A stretch of 64,000 bases of DNA from Eledone cirrhosa (GCA_964016885.1 OZ024746.1:46314001-46378000); one strand, 5' to 3'; positions 40,001 through 53,546 are shown, counted from the stretch's first letter. The notes: generated from the sequence alone by a model not told the origin. Made by a program: numbers and translations.

Positions 40001-40288
40001 CAAAGCATAAACGAACTAAGGAAAAAATTAGAAATAAGAGGGATCAGATGTAGTTTACTCGAGAGAAGGCTACGTTGGTACGGTCACGTGATGCGCATGA
40101 AAGACGACAGCTGTATAACAAAGTGCAGGGCAATAAAGATAGACGGTAGCCACGGAGTAGGCAGACCCAGAAAAACATGGGACGAGCTGATAAATTCCGA
40201 CCTCACACGCTTACACCTCTCCAAGACAATGTCACTGGACCGAGACCTTTGGCGGTACTCAGTAATAGAGAAGACCCGCCTTACCTAA
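37035..40288 (+). pseudogene. RTE ORF2 polyprotein (APE endonuclease, reverse transcriptase, PHD-like finger) split by one frameshift near 39667
   Basis: EN motifs GTMNVGTL, IQET, SAYAP, AGDLN and SQVDYI. RT motifs FIDLEKAFD, GVHQGS.LSP, LYADD and FCYLG. The sister copy at 10561 (cccagagaatact) shows 1 bp missing here (cccacaaatact). In-frame 18-bp duplication RCSGIT. Confidence 0.93.
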
Positions 40289-40796
40289 ATACAAAGTAAA
40301 AACCTACTACAGTCAGTAGGCATCTCTATCAAAACACCCCCCGGTCCCACCACCTCCACCCCATCCACACCGCCCCTTTCAATGTAAAGTTATGTTGGTC
40401 CCACAACATCCAGGCCGAAACAAATGAGATCGTGTAGGTGTCACGACAAAAAAACACACAGTCCACGCTGTAAATGTGGCCGTGTAGGCAACACGGTAAA
40501 AACCTCCCAGCCCCACACTGTAAATGTGGTTGGTGTTAGGAAGGGCATCCAGCTGTAGAAAACCCGCCAGACAGTCCACGCTGTAATGTGGCCGTGTAGG
40601 CAACACGGTAAAAACCTCCCAGCCCCACACTGTAAATGTGGTTGGTGTTAGGAAGGGCATCCAACTGTAGAAAACCCGCCAGACAGTCCTATGCGAGCAA
40701 GACAACCACTCTTGCCTCAAGTGGGAAAACCCCCGTCCAAACCCATGCAAGCGTGGAACACGGACGCTAAACCTGATGATGATGATGATGATGATG

Positions 40797-40797
<1 letters not shown>
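37035..40797 (+). mobile_element. Near-full-length RTE-clade LINE
   Basis: Single long ORF2 (EN and RT), C-rich 3'UTR with a tandem duplication of about 116 bp (40456-40688), (GAT)n tail, TA repeats on both sides. Confidence 0.96.
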
Positions 40798-40829
<32 letters not shown>

Positions 40830-41126
40830 TTAAGCTTTTTATTATCACCATCTATTATATTATATTATATTCTATATCGTACTGTAATTCTCGCATTATA
40901 TTACCTTTTGTGTTTCAAGTTTTTGCATTATACAATATTTACAATGTGGGTTCAACATGTTAATCACTTCCTTGCTATTTGGTCTATATCTATGTTTGTA
41001 ACTGCTCACTCTTAATCTTAGCCAACTTTTCCTTGATATCTTTCCTAAGGTTTAATAGATGTATACTCGATATTCTTCTGAGTTTTTGGCTTGTATTGGC
41101 CGATAGTGCTTCTTGTAGCTTTACTT

Positions 41127-41164
41127 GCCCTGATGAGACCTTAATAGGATGAAACATTGTTGGC
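41127..41164 (+). ncRNA. Minimal type I hammerhead motif in a PLE end (about 40830-41320)
   Basis: gcc-CTGATGA-ga-cct taat agg-at-GAAAC-att-GTT-ggc, followed by aataaa. Confidence 0.6.
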
Positions 41165-41454
41165 TAATAAAGACTTTTGATGTATTGAAGGCTTCTTTGG
41201 TTTATTTTTTATAATTCTTCGGCTCTGTTTAATTACATTGAGCTATATCTTATACTGTCATTTCTATAATATGAAGAGGGTGTTTAACTCCAACACACTC
41301 TAGTATTTTAATTCTTATATATATATACACATATATCTTTTAAGTTGAATTATTGATGCTCTAGACAAATATCCATTGAGCTTTTCTGCTGAGAAACATA
41401 ACCATCATACATATTATATATGTTATCAAACCTGAACTAATATATATATATGTA

Positions 41455-41793
41455 TGGAGGCACATGGCTTAGTGGTTAGAGCATTGGCCTTGCAATCAAA
41501 AGGTTGTGAGTTCAATTCTCAAGTTTCCTTGAGCAAGACACTTTATTTCACATTGCTCCAGTTTACTCAGCTGTAGAAATGAGATGATAGGGACCGGGGT
41601 CCATATCACTCCACTGCAATGTGGTCGTGGAGGTGCCACGGCAAAAAAAGCACCCAGCACTCACTGTAAATGAGGTTGGTGTTAGGAAGGCCATCCAGCT
41701 GTAGAAATCAAGCCAGAATCAATTCCTCCCCCCCCCCCTTGCAAGCAGGGAAAAAGCGGACGTAAAATGAAATGATGATGAAATGATGATGAT
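41455..41793 (+). mobile_element. tRNA-derived SINE (family 2 head) with RTE-derived 3' tail
   Basis: Head tggcttagtggttagagc..gagttcaattc, block ccttgagcaagacacttt, tail ggttggtgttaggaaggccatccagctgtag..(gat)n. Confidence 0.8.
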
Positions 41794-41810
41794 ATATATA
41801 TATATACTAT

Positions 41811-42010
41811 GATAAAAGTCAGGACCCGACTGCTGAGCTCTGGCCATTTCGACAGCTAGATCCAAACACGTTTGAATCTAGCTGTCAAAACGGCTGGAGC
41901 TCAGCCGTTGGGATCCTGACTCTTATCCTATTACCCACTCTACTAGCCTAAGTATTGAATACTCTGGTGCATTATGGTTCACCTGCTATATTACCACACC
42001 CTCTTTGTTG
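41811..42010 (+). mobile_element. Fold-back PLE end (hairpin 41811-41927 plus tail)
   Basis: Same architecture and tail as the copies at 9907 and 35050. Confidence 0.65.
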
Positions 42011-42101
42011 TTATATATATATATTTGTAGTAAGGTTGCTTGCATGCATCCATAGGTGGTATGCTGGTTGAGCACTCTATGCCCCTTCAGAGCAGAGTAT
42101 G

Positions 42102-42420
42102 ATAATATGGAAAATGAAGAACCGGTGATGCATCGAAACACAATTTATTAATGTATTACAATTGTTTCTCCGGCGAACAGCTCGAGGTACGATCTATTTG
42201 TGGATCAAACCTGACTCTGAATTTGCAAGTTCCTCAGATATGTCTAGCGACTTCAAAGATTTGCTCCGAAGTTGCTAGCCGTATCTGAGGAACTTGAGAA
42301 TCCAGAGTCAGGTTCGATCCACAAATAGATCGTGCCTCGAGCTATTTACCGGAGAAACAATTGTAATATGTTAATAAATTGTGTTTCGATGCATCACTGA
42401 GTCTTCGTTTTCCATATTAT
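42102..42420. mobile_element. Inverted pair of PLE ends (arms of about 153 bp), each with a hammerhead
   Basis: 42102-42254 is the reverse complement of 42268-42420. Confidence 0.8.
42280..42370 (+). ncRNA. Type I hammerhead with extended domain II (about 60 nt)
   Basis: cgtat-CTGAGGA-..-GAAAC-aatt-GTA-atatg. The mirror copy is on the minus strand at about 42152-42243. Confidence 0.55.
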
Positions 42421-43085
42421 ATATATCCTCCTATATACATATATACAGTGAGAAAAAGATGTACAGAGAAAATACAAAAATATCTCAAATACAATCTTGA
42501 ACTTGAATATCAATTGTTTATATAATGATGTGGGAGACAAGTATTCTCCAATAGTTGATAAGCAAGTTCACTGTCAACTCTTTTTCTTTCCATCTTACTT
42601 CTTATTACTTAAGTAAATGTAATGTAGGCTTAGAGCTTTGAAACTAATAAATATGCAATATTGAAGGTTATTCAATTTATCTTGTGTGTAGGAGGTTTTC
42701 TGAAGCTGATGAATCAAGTAGATATATTCTCAGATTGTTGGATCATAAATATTAGTTCATCTGGATAGGTAATAATAATTCTGAAACTGCATATGTACAA
42801 GAGTTTATACAGATAAGGGAATTAATGACTGTTTAGAAAGCATAATGGCCATTATAATTTCAGGATATAGCTGGGATGGATGGGAAAATTATCCAGAGAA
42901 GATGTATTTCTTATCCACCTTGAAGCTGGAACTAAATATACCACGACTACTCTCCTTGCATTTTAGACATAACTGATTATGACATCACTATATGAGAGGA
43001 AATAATAATAAAGAGAATAAAGAGAAATAATGCTTGTTTTATTGTGCATATTATTCTGTTAAAAAGTGACACATGTTAAAATAAT

Positions 43086-43273
43086 TGTTTCTACTTCAGG
43101 CACAAGGCCAGCAATGACCCAGTGCATTACTGGTACTTTATTTTATCGACCCCGTAAGGATGAAAGGTAAAGTCAATTTGAAAGCGGGATTTGAACTCAG
43201 ATCGTAAAGGGATGTAACTATGCCGGAAAGCATGGCGTCCGACCCTCTACTGATACTGCCAATCCACCGCCCT
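43086..43273 (-). mobile_element. SINE family 1, full length
   Basis: Reverse complement of 45532-45716, with TSD catgttaaaataat. Confidence 0.88.
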
Positions 43274-44076
43274 CATGTTAAAATAATAGATTCTAAACAG
43301 GGAAACGTTAGTAATAACTAATTACATTATTAATTAATGTTTTGATAATTGGATGATCAGATTAGTGAGTATTAAAAATAGATAAGGAAAAATTATTTCT
43401 CTTAAAATATCAAAATTGTATAGAGAAAACAAAAGCGGGAAGTTAAAGACCCCCCCCCCCCCCCCCCACACACACACACAAAAATAGATAATTAATATTT
43501 TATAGCTTTAGAAGAAATGGTAATTTGGATTTCATTAATAATTCTTGTTAAGTATTGTAAAATATACTATATCATGACATATAAGGAGGTACATATCATC
43601 AATGCATCATGAATATAAACACACAACTGTATATTTCTTCTTCTTTGTCATGTCTTTGTCTTCTTTATCGTCTTCTTCTTCGTCTTCTTTATCATCTGCT
43701 TCTCCTCTTCCTCTTCCTAGCAGAAGCAATCATCTCCAAATGATATGGTTATATCTCCAAGTGGGAACACATGAGCTTATGGAGGTAATCCAACCGTCTT
43801 ACTTGTGTTCTACCTCTGGGACTGCCGCCCATTGGTTTTACCTATAAAATCTATCCAGTGATATTTTCTTTAAGTGTTAAAGGGGAAAATAAGAATGTGC
43901 AATAAAATGATATAACCTACAACAACTTTTATTTTTATAACTTGGTTAAATGGCACTGTACATTAGATTGTGTTTTAATCCTGTCATCTAATCTATAAGG
44001 CTGACTATTCTCATGTTAAGCCACCAAATCTTTTGTAGTCTACCGCTATATGTTTATCTTCCATTATTTTTATACG

Positions 44077-44201
44077 GTCCTTGCTATTCTGAGTTCAAAT
44101 CCCGCCGAGGTTAACTTTGCCTTTCATCCTTTCGGGGTCGATAAAATAAAGTACCAGTAATACACTGGGTAATTGCTGGCCTTGTGCCAAATGTAGAAAC
44201 A
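44077..44201 (+). mobile_element. SINE family 1, truncated
   Basis: Core match, with TSD attatttttatacg present three times. Confidence 0.85.
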
Positions 44202-45531
44202 ATTATTTTTATACGCCCCTGTCGGCCCTTGTGGCCAATAAATGAAATCATTATTTTTATACGTCCCTTATAATCCTACCATGTATATTAATTTGTATAA
44301 CATATTTGTACAGCAACATATCATTCCCCGACAGTTATTTACTAATCACTTTGCTTTCCACATATTTATCAACCAAATATGTTTTTATTAATTCTTCTAA
44401 GTTAACATTACCTGTCCAACTATACTCAATTAATTCCTATCCATTTGTTCTATACACACATATTTTCTCCCAATGATATGCCTCGCAATCTCTAATGAGT
44501 TTAACCACATGTTTTTCATATAAACAAATTTGAAATTTATTTTTTAAAATGGCTTGAACACCAATACAATCCTCTACGGACAACATGAAAACTAAATAAG
44601 AAACAGATGTTGAATTATATAAAATTCATAAAACAAAAGTGTTATTTGATATTATTGGCACACTACAGATTAATTAACATTAGCATAACACTATCAATAA
44701 TGGAATTTAAAACAAAACTAAGAATAACACAAAATAAACAATAAACAATATGAAATTTTGGCATTTGATTATCAAATATTAATGGCAGAATCAAGTAATG
44801 TTGTTTTTATACCATTTAATAATATTTATCCCATCAAATATATGATCAGATCTCTATAATTCAGAGAAAATTATTTGAAATGTCCCTATGTGTATTATTC
44901 CAACACTTCAAAAGTAGGTTTTTGAACCATCATTACATCTTTGCTTTTGATGAATTTACACTGAGTAGGAAACAAATAGAAAACTAAATTCTTTTGAAAT
45001 TTGTTCTTTAGACAGAACCCTACTTTGGATATCATTCTGTAAACAAATATAAATGTAACAATGCATTTTATGAATATAATTCAGTATCTTATTAAAAACT
45101 GTGATATCGTATATACCTTGTCTTTCACCGCTATTCTAATTAGTACTACTTACTACTCTCCCTTGAGATTGCATAAGTCTGTATAAGTTTAGATCTTTGG
45201 AGAATGTTCACTGATAAAAAAGCTATCTTGCTTAAGTGGTGGATGCTTCAATTGTATGAGTAAAATTAGGTAAACAGAAATTGTGTCGATGTCAGTTGGA
45301 GTAAACATTCTTATTTTTGTGTGATAGATATATGTGTTGCCCTGTTTAACATCACCAATTTGACAGCCTTTGGGCCAGGCTTCCAGTTTAAAATTATCTT
45401 CTATCATTCTTCCCACCCATTTCAGAAGACCTGAAATAGTCATATAAGTGGTGCTTCCTTCTCTGATTAAGCCATAAACAACTGATTAATTTCCTTTCAG
45501 TTCAACTGATCAACACCCATTATATTTAGTA

Positions 45532-45918
45532 GGGCGGTGGATTGGCAGTATCGGTAGAGGGTCGGACGCCATGCTTTCCAGCATAGTTACGTCCCTTTAC
45601 GATCTGAGTTCAAATCCCGCCGAGGTTGACTTTGCCTTTCATCCTTACGGGGTCGATAAAATAAAGTACCAATAATGCACTGGGTAATTGCTGGCCTTGT
45701 GCCTAAAGTAGAAACAATTATATTTAGTAGGGCGGTGGATTGGCAGTATCGGTAGAGGGTCGGACGCCGTGCTTTGACGCATAGAGTTACGGCCCTTGCC
45801 ATTCTGAGTTCAAATCCAATCGAGGTTATCTTTGCCTTTCATCCTAACGGGGGTCAATAAAATAAAGTACCAGTAATACACTGGGATAATTGCTGGCCTT
45901 GTGCCTATTGTAGAAACA
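45532..45918 (+). mobile_element. Two SINE family 1 copies of different subtypes in tandem
   Basis: TSD attatatttagta at 45519, 45717 and 45919. Confidence 0.9.
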
Positions 45919-47194
45919 ATTATATTTAGTATACAATCTTTAGAGAGTCTGTCAAACAGAGGTAAAAAGTTTTGTAATTTCTATGCTTTTTTTACTATAT
46001 AATCTATCTATGCTGACTGCCATGTTAACCATTTGTCTTTTCACTTCTTTAAAGTTATCCAATTAACATCAGTATTCTGAGTTCCCTTGTAATATCCACT
46101 CTGGTAACTACTTACATGCTATCAATGTAACTTATTTTCTTCTACCCCTGTTTATGTATCCATCTGATAGTGTCATCACTTGCTATGGTGATGGACACAG
46201 TGACCTGCAAGTTTCATTATCCTCTGCCATATCTTTTCCATTTCTGGTGGAAGCTTCTGATACAATTCTCTGCTGGTGGATTTCTGTTTCCATTAAACAT
46301 TAAGTGCCACACACAGCATTTCTATATTGCAGTCTTCAATTATATTTTCTAGTTGTTTGTTAAATTTCATGCTTCTGATCCATACAAGGCAACAGACTCT
46401 ACTCTTGTAATAAAAAGCCTTTCTTTAAGCTTTCTGCTCATCTGTGATATTAATATCCTTATTAACATGTAGCATGCTGGTCAAACGAGTGCTTTTTGCA
46501 CCTGAAAACCTTTTTCACTGCTTTTTTGTCCAAGCACTTAGATATTTGACATCATCAACTTCCCTAATATAATCTCCTGTCTTAGATGTTATGTTGAGAG
46601 GCCTATAGCTGTTGTAAATCTGCACTTCTTTTTTGTTGGGAGGAGGGTGCATTCCTACTTCATGTATATTTCTTCCACTAGCTGTAGTTATTGTGCTGTC
46701 ACTATTTCTATATGAGGTAGAAATATTGGAGCCCTTTTCTAATTACCCACAGGAGACTGAGACATATAGTTCCATAACTGGTTCATATGTGGAATTACAG
46801 TGAACACATTAAGTTTAATATCAGCAAGTAAAAATGACCATAAACAACATAATTGGATACCAATGAATATGTGTCTTAGTAAATAATTGATGAATAGTAA
46901 TAGTAATAGAAACCAGGGAGGGTAAGTGAGTTGTTTGTCATTGCTAATGGGCAGATAGTTAACTAAAACACAGCAAGAGTGGGCATGATAGGATAGCAAT
47001 ACATATGTGTCATGCTGAAAAAGAGTGTGAGATGAGTGAAGGCATGTGAGAGTGGCAGATGTTAACTAGGAGTCACCTGAGAGAGAAAGCGAGAATGTGA
47101 GGTAATGATAGAGGGTGGTGGTAAATATGGTCAGATCTAATGCCATGCTTAATTATACATTTGTTATGATGGAAAGGGGGATAGATTATTTCTA

Positions 47195-47430
47195 TATCAT
47201 CATCACCGTTTAATGTCTATTTTTCCATGCTTGCATGGATTAGACACGTTTTCTATGTTATGAGACAAGTCTGGCCTGTTGGCCGTGCCATATCTTGCTC
47301 AAATGGAACTGTGCTTTGGCAGGGAGTTTTACAGCTGGATGCCCTTCCTAACACCAACCACGATTATAGTGTGGAACTGTGTAGTCCCATTATAAGGGAG
47401 GTCGGGCCAGTTGGTTGTGCTTTACCTTGC
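47195..47430 (-). mobile_element. Old RTE-tail element
   Basis: Contains ccatgcttgcatgg and acagctggatgcccttcctaacaccaacc. Confidence 0.7.
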
Positions 47431-47452
47431 AAATATCATTTTTATATATATA

Positions 47453-48539
47453 CTAGCATTAAAGCCCGGCGTTGCTCAGGGTCAGTAAGTTACCAAAGTT
47501 AGGTTGCACCACCCATTTTATGGCAGCGCTTTTTTGTCTGCCAGGCACTGGGTGAATGAATTGCAGACCTGGACTGCTGAAGCAGGAGCTGCACCAGCAG
47601 TGACAAATGTAATTTCGCCTATGGATATCTCTGTGCAAAGAAGTGTTGAAATTTATTGTTTCACAGTACCTGCACAACACGCGCGTAGACGATGCCAGCC
47701 GAACAACAGAGCTGCGATGGAGTTGTTCTGCATGGTTCTCTAATGTGTGTTTTCTAAATTTAAGAAAATAGGGAGGAGTGTGATATGGGGAGAGTTAGCT
47801 GCTGTTTCTAGCAGGTTTAGTGACCTCATAGAGGATATGTTTTCTAAATTTAAGACAGTAGTGAGTGGTGTGATATGGGGTAGAGTTAGCTGCTGTTTCT
47901 AGCAATTTAGTGACCTCATATAGGATATGTTTTCTAAATTTAAGACAGTAGGGAGTGGTGTGATATGGGGGAGAGTTAGTTGCTGTTTCTAGCAGGTTTA
48001 GTGACCTCATAGAGGATATTATTGTGTATAGTAAATGAACTGATACTTCTTTCTTCCACGTTCGTTGATAGATGTTTTAAAAAAGATTTATCGGTATTTT
48101 TTTTGTTGTTGAATAAATTTATCTGTTGCTTTTGAATAATTGTTGTTTCGTATGAAATGTAATAAGTTCTCTTTGTCATTAAAGTAAATAAATGTTTGAC
48201 CATTCCACACTCAAAAACAAACGTTCCCTCTCTCTCTCTCAAAGTTTGTAAGTTTAATCGTATATAAGAGAAAGTTGCAGCATGTACGTAGTTTTATCGA
48301 ATTTTAAGGAGAGTAGATAGCGTAAATCAGATTTATTAGAGGGATAAGCGTCATGTATTTAGTTTTATCGATTATTTCCGTAAATCTTGGTGAGTTTGAA
48401 TGAAATAAATAGTCGTTGACCTAAGGTAGACCATTTACAACATTCTTACAGACTTTGAGTCGAATTGGTTTGAAATTGTGCAAATGTATAAACATGGAAC
48501 ATGCACACACACACACAACAACAATCGGCCTTTTATAGA
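47453..48539 (-). mobile_element. Non-autonomous Helitron
   Basis: Minus strand starts A|TC (48539), has (GT)n near the 5' end, ends with a subterminal GC-rich hairpin (ccctgagcaacgccggg) and CTAG|T (47453), and has no TSD. Confidence 0.8.
47745..48018. repeat. Tandem repeat of about 91 bp, about 3 copies, inside the Helitron
   Basis: gagttagctgctgtttctagca..tttagtgacctcata recurs at about 47792, 47883 and 47973. Confidence 0.9.
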
Positions 48540-48602
48540 TAATTGTTTCTACTTTTGGCACAAGGCCAGCAAATACTCAGTGTATTACTGGTACTTTATT
48601 TT
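48540..48602 (-). mobile_element. SINE family 1 3' fragment
   Basis: aattgtttctacttttggcacaaggccagc..ctggtactttatttt. Confidence 0.75.
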
Positions 48603-48783
48603 AAAAAATTTAATTTTAAAATATTTTAAAATTTATTTTAAAAAAATTGGTTGAATTTTGCTTGTTCTGCTTATCTTAATATTATAGTTCTGGTATGTCA
48701 AATTAATACCATAGAACAACCTTAAATCATAGACAACCTATATATTTCTAGGGGTACTTAGTACCCATGGGCATGTTAACTCA

Positions 48784-48786
<3 letters not shown>

Positions 48787-48814
<28 letters not shown>

Positions 48815-48839
48815 TATATATGTATATATATATATATGC

Positions 48840-48885
<46 letters not shown>

Positions 48886-48968
48886 GCATATATATATATA
48901 TGCATATATGTATATATATATGCATATATATATATGCATATATATATATATATATGCATATATATATA

Positions 48969-49006
<38 letters not shown>

Positions 49007-49148
49007 TATATATATATATATATATATATGCATATATATATGCATATATATATATATATATGCATATATATACATATATATATATATATGCATATATATA
49101 TATATATATATATGCATATATATATATATAAGCATATATATATATATA

Positions 49149-49208
<60 letters not shown>

Positions 49209-49275
49209 TATGCATATATATATATATAAATGCATATATATATATATAATTGGTATGCATATTTAACAGATTAAA

Positions 49276-49345
<70 letters not shown>
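48787..49345. repeat. (TA)n/(TATGCA) compound microsatellite (others at 5918-6185, 51792-52525, 52778-53010, 53863-54128)
   Basis: Read directly from the sequence. Confidence 0.95.
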
Positions 49346-49346
<1 letters not shown>

Positions 49347-49430
49347 AAAGTTCTATTTAAAGTTGTTGGGATACAACAAGTAAATATTTTTATAACTGAT
49401 ATAAAGCACTCGACAAATTTTTGGAGTAGA

Positions 49431-51155
49431 TATACGATATTAATAAATGGAAACTATATTTATAAAACCATATTTATTTCATTATACATATTTCAGGGAT
49501 GCCACATTAAATTATGGTATGCCTTCATCAGACAAAATACAATATATAACAGTTTTACAAATAGCTTTGACGTACCCTTTTACAATACAACCATTACTTT
49601 CGGGGGCTGTCTGGATTGTGATTTGTTTATATAATAAGTCATAGTGTTAAGCACAATTAGAAAAAGACGGAGGGAAAGAAAAAAGACGGGTTTTTTAAAT
49701 TTTTTAAATCTTTTAAATTATTTTTATTTACTTGTTTTGATTATGATAGCTTCTCATAACTTTCACAAGTCTACCCTCTCAATATCTTGATTGAGATCTA
49801 CGTAGGATAAATTTCTATACTAAATATATAAAACATATTATTTTAACTTAAGATGCTCTATAGTGTTTTAATGATATTTAATGCTTTGATATTTCTAGAT
49901 TTCTTTTGACTATATAGTTGCATTTCCAAAATATATTCCTTTGGTATTTTAAATTTATATTGTTATGGTTATATTTACAAATTATAATCCTTTGGTAATT
50001 TATTGATATTGGATTATCTCTATACAAATGCATATGTGTGTATTAACATGCATAGAAAGTGTTATAGATTGTTTGTGTTTGTATATGTGTCTGTATATAT
50101 ACATGAGTGATGCATGATGACGCACGCAAATATTTATTTATACATATGTATGTGTATATATGTATGTGTATATATCTGTGGTTGAGAGGTATGTTGCAGA
50201 TATGCATAATATTAAACACATGAATGGTAATCGTATATATGAGGACATGATTGTTAATCGTATATATTTGTATATATATACTGTGAAATTTTTATAACAC
50301 AAGGAATGTATAGCAGTGATTAAGAGAAATCATTTACGTTTTGTATGGCTATATTGTTGGCTTGAGTAAACATAATTTCTATTTTCAGGACGTGCGTATC
50401 TATATGTATGTATATATACATATATATTTGTATGTCTTTGCATAAAATACTAATCTCTATAACAAGGGTACATTTTGAACTCAGATTTTGGTATATTCAT
50501 CTCAAGTTTCTAAACTAAACATATGGTCATTATTGAACAATATTTAATTTCTCATATTATATATCTATGTCCCATTCATGAATATTGATACTTATATTTA
50601 TATTTTTATTATTCATTTCATATAAATTGTTAACTCAACTTAATATGACATGACGTAAAGTTGTCACTATCCCCCCCCCCCCTCTCTCTATATAATATTT
50701 CTCTCTCTTGAGTTTTTATTTCTGTATGATGACTTGATATCTCTCTGTTGCTTTCCTTTGTTTTTCTTATTCCTTCTTTTTCTTTCTTTTTTATTTCCTC
50801 CTATCTTTATTTATCTCTTTCTTTTCTCCATACATTTCTCTCTCCGATATTTCTCCAGGTTTCCTTTCTCTCTCTCCGTCTTTGTTCTTTTCTCTCTCTC
50901 CGTCTTTTTTCTTTCTCTCCATCTTTTTCTAGTTGTGCTTAACACTATGACTTATTATATAAACAAATCACTATCCAGACAGCCTCCAAAAGTAATGGTT
51001 GTATTGTAAAAGGGTACGTTAAAGTTATTTGTAAAACTGTTATCTTGTATTTTGTCTGATGAAGGCATACCATAATTTAATGTGGTATCCCTGAAATATG
51101 TATAATGAAATAAATATGGTTTTATAAATATAGTTTCCATTTATTAATATCGTAT
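49431..51155 (+). mobile_element. PLE-type non-coding element with inverted terminal copy (49431-49690 versus about 50870-51155)
   Basis: The arms are reverse complements and both carry an HHR. Confidence 0.78.
51050..51110 (+). ncRNA. Type I hammerhead ribozyme (mirror copy on minus strand at 49477-49537)
   Basis: ttttgt-CTGATGA-agg c ataccat..gtggtat c cct-GAAA-tatgt-ATA-atgaaa. Confidence 0.72.
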
Positions 51156-51214
51156 ATATATATATATATGCATACATATATATATATATATATGGATATA
51201 GATATAGATATATA

Positions 51215-51266
<52 letters not shown>

Positions 51267-51329
51267 TATATATATATATATGTATGCATATATATATATA
51301 TATATATATGCATATATTTCTATTATATC

Positions 51330-51891
<562 letters not shown>

Positions 51892-51910
51892 GTATATATA
51901 TATATGTATG

Positions 51911-51941
<31 letters not shown>

Positions 51942-52063
51942 GCATATATATATATATATGCATATATATGTATATATATGCATATATATATATATGCATA
52001 TATATATATATATATATGCATATATATATATATATATGCATATATATATATGCATATATATAT

Positions 52064-52103
<40 letters not shown>

Positions 52104-52119
52104 TACATATATATATATA

Positions 52120-52153
<34 letters not shown>

Positions 52154-52368
52154 TATATATATATATGTATATGTATATATATGCATATGTATATATATGC
52201 ATATATATATATGCATATATATATATATATATATATGCATATATATATATATATGCATATATATATATATATATGCATATATATATTGTGCATATATATA
52301 TATGAATACATATATATATGCATATATATATATATATATATATGAATATATATATATATATATATATA

Positions 52369-52454
<86 letters not shown>

Positions 52455-52470
52455 TATATATATATATATA

Positions 52471-52512
<42 letters not shown>

Positions 52513-52524
52513 TATATATATATA

Positions 52525-52690
52525 TAGAAATTACATGAATCAAAGTTTGGAGGAAACAATTGTAAGCAAATAAATGATTTAAACTGAACTTTGATTCATG
52601 TAATTTCTATATAACTGCTCTGTAAAACAACTGATGTTATTACATTGAGCTATTTATTTTACTGGTAATAAGATGGTAATGAATTACTGT
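52525..52690 (+). mobile_element. Fold-back PLE end with hammerhead 3' half plus tail
   Basis: 23-bp inverted arm tagaaattacatgaatcaaagtt, then tggagGAAACaattGTAagcaa. Same family as 2340-2428. Confidence 0.7.
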
Positions 52691-52773
52691 CTTTCACTAT
52701 TTAGGGTTTAAAATAAAATATATATAACTATATAAGGTTTTATTATATACATAATCATAAATAGTATCCTTAA

Positions 52774-52914
<141 letters not shown>

Positions 52915-52971
52915 TATATATATATATATATGCATACATATATATATGCATACATCTATATATTTTTATAA

Positions 52972-53015
<44 letters not shown>

Positions 53016-53546
53016 TAATATTCCATATAAACGGCTGTTATTTCTAGCACTATGTGTGGGACGTTAGAGGACTGGAATAAGCCGTGTGCAAAACCTCGTG
53101 TATTTTCGCTACGCTAACCAGACCTTAGATATTTTTCTGAGGTGGAGTTATTTAATTTTATCTGGGTACCTATTGATAAACACAGAAAAAGTTGATTAAC
53201 TCACTGCTAATTAGTTAATTATTTTACTATTATACCATCCTTTGTGAAACATGTTGAAGTTTGAAGTTCTGACCGATCTGCGGAAAAAGTTTGTATTTTG
53301 AATTTTAAACGTGTCTAGGTACCAAGGCCTTTTGACCATATGAGTCTGTGAGTATTGATTTATTATTTTTTAGATCGTACAGGCAGACTCTATGTTGTTG
53401 AATTAAGATATTTTCACTCTAGCGATTTTATTAGTCAATTGCAACTAAAACATGTAAATGTTCATCAAATATTAATTTATACTGCTCAGAAGCGATTCTT
53501 AGAGCTGAAATGATTGTAAATGACCCCATTGAGTCTACACTCTAAG

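Noticed and set aside
47745-48018. Regular repeats resembling a CRISPR array
   Set aside because: Contiguous tandem units without unique spacers, no cas genes, eukaryotic Helitron context.
48767-49347. Long YIYI/CVCV ORFs throughout the ORF track
   Set aside because: They are translations of (TA)n/(GT)n microsatellites, not genes.
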